Source of the DNA: Myxococcota bacterium | GTDB lineage: Bacteria > Myxococcota > JACRCW01 | Reading direction: 5' to 3' | Assembly (NCBI GenBank): GCA_040752415.1 | Contig: JBFMGU010000276.1 | Location: forward strand, 1-13,750 | DNA: 13,750 bases | In this document: piece after piece, positions 1 to 7,553 of the stretch | Layout: every line of letters begins with the position of its first letter | How positions within the stretch are numbered: position 1 is the first letter of the stretch | Translations under genes and position numbers: made by a program | Notes under the pieces: model-generated | What the model was told of the DNA's origin: nothing | The model's input: the letters and a program-made list of their open reading frames with translations, nothing else | The model's database searches: none

Positions 1-2
1 CC

Positions 3-293
3 GAGCCCCAGCCCGCCCCGACGACGTCGACGGAGGCCGCCCCCGCCAAGAAGAAGGGCATGCCGGACTTCAGCGGCCTCATCATCTCCGCCGTGGGTGG
101 CGGCATGCTGGTGGTGGGCCTGCTCTTTGGCGGCGTGGCCGCGGGAATCACCGCGGTGCCGGACTTCCCCGGCGGGAAGGTGGAGCAGCAAGGCGCCATG
201 AATGCAGCCATCGTGGGAAGCGTGTTCTTTGGGCTGGGCGGCGTGGCGCTGGTGGCGGTGGGGCTCATCCTCGTCGGCGCGAGCATGATCTAG
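3..293 (+). CDS. Hypothetical membrane protein, 3' part only (begins before the window)
   Basis: The frame is open from base 3 (EPQPAPTTSTEAAPAKKKG) into the 60..293 ORF. A Pro/Thr-rich linker precedes two Gly-rich hydrophobic segments. Codon usage is GC3-rich and the stop is TAG at 291-293. Confidence 0.7.
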   Translation, partial: EPQPAPTTSTEAAPAKKKGMPDFSGLIISAVGGGMLVVGLLFGGVAAGITAVPDFPGGKVEQQGAMNAAIVGSVFFGLGGVALVAVGLILVGASMI

Positions 294-300
294 GGCGGTC

Positions 301-789
301 TCACCTCCGGATGGCACCAAGCTCCAACAGCCGTCCCAGGATGAACAACGCGTGCAGCCGCACCAGCTGCGAGATCTGCACAATCTCCTCGAAGCTGGTC
401 TTCCCGTCGACGAGCGACATCAGGAACCCGGCGCGGTGGTCCAGCTTCAGGCGCATGAGCTGATCCGGGGTCATGGCCAGGGACGGTGCGCGCTCCAAGG
501 CGCCCACCTTCCACTCACACAGCTGCATCAACATTCGTTCGTTCACGCGCAGGTAGGACTCCGAGACCTGGCCCAGCGTCGGGTGGTCCCGGGTCTGCAG
601 CGCCTTTTCCAAGGCCAGCCAGTACTCGCCCCGCTCGTGCAGGGAGCGCAGTTCCAGCGCGTAGGCCACCACGTCGGAGCGCAGCAGCGCCACTGGCGTC
701 TCAACCCGACCGCTCCCGCCTCGCAGGGTGATGTCCAACGCTCGAGCCACGGCGCCTCCGCAGTCTGCCCAAGGACTGCATCGGCTCAT
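301..789 (-). CDS. Hypothetical protein with a C-terminal winged-helix-like domain; start uncertain (ATG 789, TTG 795 or further downstream)
   Basis: The C-terminus LDHRAGFLMSLVDGKTSFEEIVQISQLVRLHALFILGRLLELGAI matches a wHTH-like module I recall from myxobacterial hypothetical proteins. Confidence 0.7.
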   Translation of the reverse strand: MSRCSPWADCGGAVARALDITLRGGSGRVETPVALLRSDVVAYALELRSLHERGEYWLALEKALQTRDHPTLGQVSESYLRVNERMLMQLCEWKVGALERAPSLAMTPDQLMRLKLDHRAGFLMSLVDGKTSFEEIVQISQLVRLHALFILGRLLELGAIRR

Positions 790-918
790 GGGCAACGATC
801 CTGAAGGGGCCGGATCCGCGACGTGGTGTGGGACGTGATTGGGTGCGGCTCTTGGCTTCCTGCCAATGAGGATGGGAGCGGCTCTTCTGGAACGACGTTC
901 TTGTCTCCCGCCAATGAG

Positions 919-1255
919 ATTGGGTGCGGCTCTTTGAGACGACGGTCGACGTCACCGGCGGCTCAAGCCGCGTGCTGGAAAGGCACCAAGCCTGGCCTCG
1001 CAGCCCGTTGGCCCACTTGGCCGCGCCAGGCTCTGCGTTGGCGGCACAGGTAGCGTGGTTCGCAGAATCCAGGTTGTCGCAAGAGCTCGAGAAACCACGT
1101 CGCAATCTCAAGCCTCGCTTCTTGTGGCCGCCGAGGCAGAGCCTGGCGCGGTCCAGCGCGGCAGGTGTGCCACGAGGCCAGGCTTGGTGCCTTTCGAGCA
1201 TGCGGCTTGAGCCGCCGGTGACGTCGACCGTCGTTTCAAAAGAGCCGCACCCAAT
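919..1255. repeat. Hairpin A: long, near-perfect inverted repeat
   Basis: 919-1000 against 1173-1255 gives 79 Watson-Crick pairs, 2 G-T pairs, 1 mismatch and 1 bulge. A further perfect 16 bp stem at 1021-1036/1136-1151 extends imperfectly to 1060/1111. Confidence 0.95.
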
Positions 1256-1258
1256 GAG

Positions 1259-1440
1259 ATTGGCAGGGATCAGGAATGGGTTACGTCCTGCTCACCGCTG
1301 GCCGCGTCGCCGAGTCGCAGGACTGGCCCTCGAAGAATGACACGCTGCGGGGCGGCGTCTCGGCGCTTCCACAGTCAGTCCTGCGAGGTGCCTCCGACCG
1401 CCGAGCGGTTAGGACGTAAGCCGTTCTCTTGCCTGCCAAT
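1259..1440. repeat. Hairpin B: imperfect long inverted repeat
   Basis: Paired segments: ATTGGCAGG 1259-1267/1432-1440; GGAATGG-G-TTACGTCCT 1273-1289/1411-1427; ACCGCT 1294-1299/1404-1409; TCGCAGGACTGGC 1315-1327/1374-1386. Confidence 0.85.
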
Positions 1441-1555
1441 CTCATTGGCGGGAGACAACAGCGTCGCGCCAGGGAGGCGCACCCAATCCATCGGCGGGAA
1501 GCCAAGGCCTCGTTCCGGAACAGCCGCACCCCACGTGAATCTCGACGGTGTGCCG

Positions 1556-2725
1556 TCATCCAAGTGTCCCCGGAGGCGGTGTTGACGGCGGGACAATCAG
1601 CGGGGACGCGCGCGGCTCCGGCGCCGGCGTGATGTCCTCGGTGTACAGCTCCAACACCGCGAAGAAGAGACTGGCCAACACCGGTCCAATGAAAAGGCCG
1701 GGAAAGCCCATGAGGTACAGCCCGCCAAAGATGCTGATGATCGCCACCAGTGGGTGCTGTCGACTTCCGCCGCCAATGACCAGCGCACGGACGATGTTGT
1801 CGGCAATGCCCGCCACGCAGCCCGCGCCCACCACGAGCGCTGCCATGGCCAGCTTGGAATTGGCCACGAGGTAGATGGCCGCGCCGGCGGTGACGGGGAT
1901 GACGCCCACCAGCGGCAGCAACGACGCCACGAACTGCACGAACACCCACACCAACGCGCCCGGCACACCGGCCACCAGCAGCGCCACGCACATGATGAGG
2001 CTCTGCACGGTGGCAACGGCGAGACTGCCCATCAGCGTGGCCACGCACGTCTTGCGCAGCTCCGTCAGGACGCGCTGACTGCGAGTGGGATGGAACGGGC
2101 TCTGCCGGACGAACCAGTCCCGGAGGCGGGTCCAGTCGACGAGGAGGTAGTAGAGCGCGACGAGGAGGATGAAGAGGAAGATGATGGTCTCCGGCAGGTC
2201 CTGGAGCACCCCGCCGGCGGCCTGGCCCACCTTGGGACCGGCTTGTTGCAGCAGGCTGACCACCTGGTCGCGGAGGGTCTGCTGGTCCACCGGGGAGAGC
2301 CGGTCCACGAAACGCATCAGGCGGACCATCCAGGGGATGTCCTGCACGTAGCGCGTGATGTCCTCCGCGGCACGGAACCGGGCCTGCAGCTCCTCGACGC
2401 CACGGATGGCGGAGCGCACGCCCCCCACGACGAGCAACGTGATGGGCAGCAGCACTCCCAGCGTCACCAACGCGGTGGTGATGGCCGCGGCCACGCTCCG
2501 CCCCAGCCCGGTGCGCGCCATGAACCACGTGAAGAGCGGAAACGCCGCGGCGGCGAGGATGGCGCCGAGGAACACGGGAACCGTGAAGGGGCCGACGAGG
2601 ACGGCAAAGCCCACCGTCGTCAACGCCATCACCAGGTGCAGGCGCAGGCTGCGATGCGTTGGTGACGTTGCTGCTTGATCCACGAGCGCCCCGGGTGTCC
2701 CACCGGGGAATGGGTGGTGCAGCAA
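1556..2725 (-). CDS. AI-2E family (PerM/TqsA-like) transporter; start uncertain (TTG 2725 or downstream ATG at MALTT)
   Basis: About 360-390 aa with multiple hydrophobic segments. Family-typical motifs include ADNIVRALVIG and HPLVAIISIFGGLYLMGFPGLFIGPVLASL. Confidence 0.9.
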   Translation of the reverse strand: MLHHPFPGGTPGALVDQAATSPTHRSLRLHLVMALTTVGFAVLVGPFTVPVFLGAILAAAAFPLFTWFMARTGLGRSVAAAITTALVTLGVLLPITLLVVGGVRSAIRGVEELQARFRAAEDITRYVQDIPWMVRLMRFVDRLSPVDQQTLRDQVVSLLQQAGPKVGQAAGGVLQDLPETIIFLFILLVALYYLLVDWTRLRDWFVRQSPFHPTRSQRVLTELRKTCVATLMGSLAVATVQSLIMCVALLVAGVPGALVWVFVQFVASLLPLVGVIPVTAGAAIYLVANSKLAMAALVVGAGCVAGIADNIVRALVIGGGSRQHPLVAIISIFGGLYLMGFPGLFIGPVLASLFFAVLELYTEDITPAPEPRASPLIVPPSTPPPGTLG

Positions 2726-2740
2726 TGCGCACGCGTTCGA

Positions 2741-4690
2741 TCAGTCCAGTCCCAGCTTCCGCATCTCGCGCACCGCGCTGCTCATGGCGTCCATGTCCAG
2801 GATGAGGCCGTCCAGCATGGTGCCAAGGCGCGTGTTCTCCTCGGGCGTGGTGCCCACCAGGGAGAGGTTCAGCCGCGCCGCGCTCCGCCCCAGCGCGTCG
2901 ATGATTCCCTGCAGGCGGTCGGTGTTCTCCTGCAACATGGTCTGCACCGTCCGCGCGTCCTTGAGCAGCGCTTCCTTGCGCATCACCGCATCCGGTGCGG
3001 CCCCACGCTGCCGCAACCCCATCAGCTCCCGCTCGACGTGGACCGGTGGGAACTGCTTGAGGAACTGGCGACCGAAATGCAGCGCCGTGCACAGCTGCAC
3101 CAGTCGCCGGGCCGACTCCGCCACGCGCGGTCGCAGCATCTCGGCGAGCATGGGGTCGGCCACGCCCTGGCGGAGCATGTCATCCATCTGGTGCAGCAGC
3201 TCCAGGCCCTTGTTGCCCAGGCGAGCCGCGTCGGGGTCCTGCAGCAACGAGACCTGGTGACGCAGCTGCGCCATCTCGTCGGGGGCTTCCTGCGCCTGGG
3301 GCTTGCGCAACCATCCCTTGACCTTGCCCATCAGCCCGCCCACGACGGGCGCGGGTTCCTCCGTGGGTCGCTGCGAGGCGGTGGGCGCGTGCAACACCTG
3401 CTGCATCACCATGGGGCGTGAGGAGAAGTTGCGCTCATGCCAGCGTCGCATCTCGCAGCCGTCCAGGTGCGCGGCCAGCGTGGTCTCGTCGGAGAACGGC
3501 TCCCCGCAGAACTCGCAGCGGACGCCATGGTGACGCACCGGCTCATGCGCCAGCTCCAGGGATTCCTCGACGGGGGGCGCGGGCGGGAGGAACGCTTCCG
3601 CGGGCACTTCACGCGCGGGCCGGTGGGGGATGGCGCAGTACGGTCCGTGCGCCTCCAGCTCCTCGGGGGTGTCGAACGTGGCGCCGCACTGGGGACACAC
3701 GCTCACCGGCTGCAGCGGCTCCGACGGAGAAGCCTCCAGCAGCGCGCCCATCACCGGCGGCAGGGACCTGCCCGAGGTGCTGGTGGTGACCTCGACAGGA
3801 GCGGGGAGCACGGCGAGGGGCAGCTCCGGCTCGTCGGGGAGGGCCTGCCAAAGGGCATCCAGCGCCGTGGAGAGCGCCTCCGCGGTGGGAATGCGCTGGT
3901 CCACCTCCGGCACCAGGGCCTTGCGCAACAGGTCCGTCACCGCCTCGGGAAGTGCGCCCTCCTCGACGCGCCGCAGGTCATCCCCCCTGGTCACGCCCTT
4001 GAACATGCCGCGCATGTCCTTCTGCGCGCGCAGGTGCTGGCCGGTCAGCGCATGGAACAGCACCGCCCCCAGCGCAAACACGTCGGCGCGCGCGTCGGCT
4101 TCCCCGTCAAGGAGCTGCTCCGGCGCCATGTACCGGATGGTGCCCACCATCTGCCCCGTCAGGGTGAGGTCCTGGTCCTCCGCGAACCGGCACACGCCAA
4201 AGTCGACGACGACAACCCTGCCCGCGTTGTCGAACATGATGTTTTCCGGCTTGATGTCCCGGTGGATGACGCCCGCCGCGTGCGCCGCCTGCACGCCCAG
4301 CGCGGCCTCCTTCACCACGCGCACCGCCTGACGCGCGGGCAGCTTCTTGTGCGCGCTCACCAGCTGCTTGAGCGTCCCCCCGCCAAGGAGCTCCATGGCG
4401 TAGAAGCCCAGCGCGCGTCCGGCCCGGTCCTGTCCCCTTCCTGCGTCCAGCACGCGCACCACGTTGGGATGCTGGATGCGCCGCACGGACTGCACCTCCG
4501 CCACGAAGCGCGCGAAGGTCCGCTGGTCGTCGTCCCGCGTGAGGTCGGCGAGCAGGGTCTTGAGCGCCACCGCGGCGCCGGTCTCGTCGTGGATGGCCTC
4601 CCACACGGTGCCAAAGCCGCCGCGGCCGAGCTCGCGCACGAGCCGGTAGCCGGCCAGGGTCTGTCCCACGTCGATCAACAGGGTGGCCAT
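2741..4690 (-). CDS. Hanks-type Ser/Thr protein kinase with two CCHC zinc fingers and a C-terminal helical/coiled-coil region
   Basis: Kinase motifs GRGGFGTV, VALK, HRDIKPEN, DFG, YMAPE and DVFALG are present. Two C-x2-C-x12-H-x3-C motifs lie at 3635-3697 and 3455-3517. No obvious TM segment. Confidence 0.93.
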   Translation of the reverse strand: MATLLIDVGQTLAGYRLVRELGRGGFGTVWEAIHDETGAAVALKTLLADLTRDDDQRTFARFVAEVQSVRRIQHPNVVRVLDAGRGQDRAGRALGFYAMELLGGGTLKQLVSAHKKLPARQAVRVVKEAALGVQAAHAAGVIHRDIKPENIMFDNAGRVVVVDFGVCRFAEDQDLTLTGQMVGTIRYMAPEQLLDGEADARADVFALGAVLFHALTGQHLRAQKDMRGMFKGVTRGDDLRRVEEGALPEAVTDLLRKALVPEVDQRIPTAEALSTALDALWQALPDEPELPLAVLPAPVEVTTSTSGRSLPPVMGALLEASPSEPLQPVSVCPQCGATFDTPEELEAHGPYCAIPHRPAREVPAEAFLPPAPPVEESLELAHEPVRHHGVRCEFCGEPFSDETTLAAHLDGCEMRRWHERNFSSRPMVMQQVLHAPTASQRPTEEPAPVVGGLMGKVKGWLRKPQAQEAPDEMAQLRHQVSLLQDPDAARLGNKGLELLHQMDDMLRQGVADPMLAEMLRPRVAESARRLVQLCTALHFGRQFLKQFPPVHVERELMGLRQRGAAPDAVMRKEALLKDARTVQTMLQENTDRLQGIIDALGRSAARLNLSLVGTTPEENTRLGTMLDGLILDMDAMSSAVREMRKLGLD

Positions 4691-4706
4691 GCGTGCTTCC
4701 CCCGCG

Positions 4707-5546
4707 TCAGAACCCGCGGATGGCGTCCTCCAGTGCCGCGCGAGCGCTGGTCTTCTCGTCGCGGTACTTCACGATGATCGGCGTGGCCACGGAGAGACCG
4801 TAGCGCTGGCCGAAGGCGCTGGTGAGCGGACGGGAGCCGGGCACCACGACGGCGCCAGGCGGAATCCGCAGCGGCTGGTCGGCGCTGGCCCGGTACACCT
4901 GCTCCTTCACGACGTCATACACGGCGGTGGACGCGTTGAGGATGACACCGCTGCCCAGCACCGCGCCCTTTCCCACCTGCACACCCTCGTACACGCCGGT
5001 GTTGCCACCGATGAACGCGTCGTCGTCGATCACCACGGGCACGGCGCCCACCGGCTCGATGACGCCGCCAATCTGGCATCCCGCGCTGAGGTGCACGCGC
5101 TTGCCAATCTGCGCGCAGCTCCCCACCAGCGCGTGGCTGTCCACCAGGCTTCCCTCGTCGACGTACGCGCCCACGTTCACGTACGCCGGCGGCATGATCA
5201 CCACGCCCGGGGCCACGTACGCACCGGAGCGCACGCTGCTGCCGCCGGGAACCACGCGCACGCGGTCCTTGGGCGAGAAGCGCCGCACCGGGTAGGTGTC
5301 CTTGTCCACGAACGCCAGCGTGCCCGCCTCCGACGCCACCAGCGCGCCACAGCGGAAGCCCAGGAGGATGCCTTCCTTGACGGCGGGATTGGCCTTCCAG
5401 GTGCCGTCGGGCTGCGGGGAGGCGGAGCGCAGCGCACCGGATTCCAGCGCGTCGCGGAAGCCCAGGAACGCCTCGCGCACGCGCGCGTCCTCGGGCGGGA
5501 GGGAGGAAACCTTGGACAGGAGCTCTTGCCACGCTTGCAGATCCAT
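4707..5546 (-). CDS. dapD: 2,3,4,5-tetrahydropyridine-2,6-dicarboxylate N-succinyltransferase
   Basis: 279 aa with DapD signatures [59 protein letters not shown] and [14 protein letters not shown], plus hexapeptide repeats. Confidence 0.93.
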   Translation of the reverse strand: MDLQAWQELLSKVSSLPPEDARVREAFLGFRDALESGALRSASPQPDGTWKANPAVKEGILLGFRCGALVASEAGTLAFVDKDTYPVRRFSPKDRVRVVPGGSSVRSGAYVAPGVVIMPPAYVNVGAYVDEGSLVDSHALVGSCAQIGKRVHLSAGCQIGGVIEPVGAVPVVIDDDAFIGGNTGVYEGVQVGKGAVLGSGVILNASTAVYDVVKEQVYRASADQPLRIPPGAVVVPGSRPLTSAFGQRYGLSVATPIIVKYRDEKTSARAALEDAIRGF

Positions 5547-5552
5547 GGGCCA

Positions 5553-5581
5553 ACCATGCTGGGGTCCGCCCGGGCCTGCAA
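5553..5581 (-). promoter_or_regulatory. Possible sigma70-type promoter for a leaderless dapD transcript
   Basis: The minus strand reads TTGCAG (5581-5576), 17 nt, CATGGT (5558-5553), 6 nt, then ATG (5546). No Shine-Dalgarno is visible. The -10 match is weak. Confidence 0.3.
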
Positions 5582-5674
5582 GCGCCTCGGAGGAGGCAGT
5601 GACGTGGGTTGTGAGGTGCTGGTGGTGCGCCGCCGCGTCAGGAGTGGACGGCGCTGGCGAGGTCGCGTTGTTCC

Positions 5675-7258
5675 TCAGCGACGGCGACGACGCCCGGCGG
5701 CGAAGAGCGCCAGGAAGAGGCCTAGGAAGAGCGCGCCATCGGTGGTGCCCGTGGCGGAGCAGCCGCCCGACTCCCCCGCCGGCCCTGGTTCACCCTGCGG
5801 TCCCTGGGGTCCGGCCGGCCCTTGCGGTCCCGTCGCGCCGGTCGCGCCGTCCTCCCCATCCGCGCCGTCCTGCCCATTCGCGCCATTCGGCCCATCCGCA
5901 CCGTCGGCTCCGGAGCTGCCCGCGGGGCCGGTCGGACCGGCGGGACCCTGCGGGCCGTCGGCGCCGTTCGCTCCGTCGCAGATCACGGTCGTGGCATCAA
6001 CCTCCTCGGCCTCCAGCGTGCCATTGTCGTTGTCGTCGACGCCGGAATCCACCCGGTGGCCGCCGTTGGGGCAACTACCCGAGTCGTCAGGCACGACGTT
6101 CATGACGGACGAGTGGCCATTGGAGCCATCAGTCCCGTTGGTTCCGTCGGCGCCATTCGCTCCGTCCCCGCCGTTGCACACGTAGCGCGTCTGGTCGATC
6201 TCGCCGGCCTGGAGCACCCCGTCGCCTGGCGTAGCCTGGCCCGATCCGTCGTCGAGCCCCGCGTCGATCCGAACACCACCGTTGGCGCAGTTGGCTCCCG
6301 CGGGCTCGTCCGAAAGCTGAGTGAGCGAGAGCGGGATGACAACGCGGATGGAGACGGTGGCCGGGTCCGAGCTGAAAGCGCCCTGTTCAGCATGGTAGGA
6401 GAAGGAATCCGTGCCGACGTAACCGAGAACCGGCATGTAGTCGAAGCTGCCGTCCGCGTTGAGCGTCAGCGCACCGTGGGACACGTTGGAGTCCAACACT
6501 GCCGTGGCGTTGGCGCCTGCGGTGTCGTTGCCCAGGACGCCACGTGCCGTCACGGTGAGCGTCCCGTCCATGACGGCCGTGTAGGCATCATTGGCTGCCA
6601 CGGGCGGCGTGCCGTCCAGGTAGATGCGGCCCGTGTCCATGGCATTGAGGACGTAGGTGCCCGTGGCCTCGTACTCAATCGTGTCAAACGGCGCACCGCT
6701 GTGCTCCAGCGTGGCGTAGGAGTAGCCACTGGGGTTGTGCGGAATGCTGGTGTTGGTGTTGTTCCATTCCTGCACCAGCGAGTTGCCAAGCAGCAGGCGC
6801 ACGGCCACGGTGCCGGTCCCCACCACATCGCCCTCGCTCATCACGGTTCCGAAGAACGTCGTCGAAGTCGTAGACCGGGTCACCACGGTCTTCTGGGTAT
6901 AGGTGTCCGGGTACCCCGACGTCGGGCCGAACGCGATCTGGACGAGCGACGCGCCCTTGCGGGGCCGCATGAACCCGTCCTGCGGGGTCACCAGGATGTC
7001 GTTGCCGTTTGCTCCGTCGAAGAAGAGGCCCGCGTAGTTGATCTCCGGCTGTGTCGGGAAGATGGTGCTGACGGGCGCGTATCCGCCGGAACATTCGGCG
7101 TAGTCGAAGATCAATCCGCAATCGCCCGCCGCGCCGAGCCAGTAGTTCGCGCGGGCATCCGCATCCGGAGGAGTGGCCACCTGCGCGGATGCCTGGGGGG
7201 AACCGAGGAATGCGACCAAAGCCGCAATCCCGGCGGGAACAAACGACCATCGCTGCAT
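5675..7258 (-). CDS. Secreted cell-surface protein: signal peptide, unknown N-terminal domain, Ig/cadherin-like (Big_9-like) domain, two Cys-bracketed acidic repeats, collagen-like Gly-X-Y tract and MYXO-CTERM-like anchor
   Basis: ATG 7258 follows AGAAAGG. Signal peptide [26 protein letters not shown]. Ig-like segment PPVAANDAY...GVLGND...[16 protein letters not shown]...GTDSFSY. Collagen-like [13 protein letters not shown] repeats. C-terminus [30 protein letters not shown]. Confidence 0.88.
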   Translation of the reverse strand: MQRWSFVPAGIAALVAFLGSPQASAQVATPPDADARANYWLGAAGDCGLIFDYAECSGGYAPVSTIFPTQPEINYAGLFFDGANGNDILVTPQDGFMRPRKGASLVQIAFGPTSGYPDTYTQKTVVTRSTTSTTFFGTVMSEGDVVGTGTVAVRLLLGNSLVQEWNNTNTSIPHNPSGYSYATLEHSGAPFDTIEYEATGTYVLNAMDTGRIYLDGTPPVAANDAYTAVMDGTLTVTARGVLGNDTAGANATAVLDSNVSHGALTLNADGSFDYMPVLGYVGTDSFSYHAEQGAFSSDPATVSIRVVIPLSLTQLSDEPAGANCANGGVRIDAGLDDGSGQATPGDGVLQAGEIDQTRYVCNGGDGANGADGTNGTDGSNGHSSVMNVVPDDSGSCPNGGHRVDSGVDDNDNGTLEAEEVDATTVICDGANGADGPQGPAGPTGPAGSSGADGADGPNGANGQDGADGEDGATGATGPQGPAGPQGPQGEPGPAGESGGCSATGTTDGALFLGLFLALFAAGRRRRR

Positions 7259-7553
7259 GGATGACGCCTTTCTGCGAGGAAGGGCGTGGCCGCTCCTCGT
7301 CGTTGGAAGTGGTCTCAAACGTGGAGCGCGGACATCCAACACTCGTTGGCCCGCGGATGCAAGCGCAATGTCACGGGGGCCTCCAGGCGAAATGGACGTC
7401 CCTTCGCGGGGCTCCCGAAAGTTGCACAAGGCTTCGGATGGTGGTGCGCGAAGGCCTTGAACATCCCGCTTCCGACGTCACGCAAGGCAGCGCGGGTTCG
7501 CCCTCCCGCCGCTTCGTGCTAACTGGAGGGCAACGAATTCCGAGGGGGCTCCT

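Larger units (their letters stand above)
833..1536. repeat. Nested inverted-repeat (foldback) element that can form a three-way junction; candidate non-autonomous mobile element or structured ncRNA
   Basis: Outer stem ~833-918 pairs with 1441-1536, including a perfect 18 bp at 901-918/1441-1458. Hairpin A pairs 919-1060 with 1111-1255. Hairpin B pairs 1259-1327 with 1374-1440. The CCAAT-NNN-ATTGG core lies at 911-923, 1251-1263 and 1436-1448. Confidence 0.9.

Noticed and set aside
838..943. Three direct repeats resembling a mini CRISPR array
   Set aside because: Spacing is irregular (about 33 and 48 bp), the copies are degenerate, inverted copies lie downstream, and no cas genes are in the window.
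701..1340. ORFs 701..1201 (-), 823..1053 (+) and 924..1340 (+); the first and last share peptides such as LERHQAWPR and RGQAWCLSS
   Set aside because: The shared peptides follow directly from the inverted repeat. None of the three ORFs shows protein-family motifs, so they are probably spurious, though a small peptide cannot be excluded.
919..1440. Retron msr-msd (myxobacterial msDNA) or integron attC interpretation of the hairpins
   Set aside because: There is no adjacent reverse transcriptase or integrase, no RYYYAAC/GTTRRRY boundaries, and the stems are much longer than expected for either.
7358..7373. Sigma54-like promoter TGACAT-TGCGC-TTGCA on the - strand upstream of the surface-protein gene
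   Set aside because: The -12 element and spacing fit, but the near-invariant GG at -24 is GA, which is too weak to call.
7259..7429. N-terminal extension of the 584 aa ORF beginning at 7429
   Set aside because: ATG 7258 has an SD-like AGAAAGG and begins a clear signal peptide. The extension looks like intergenic sequence.
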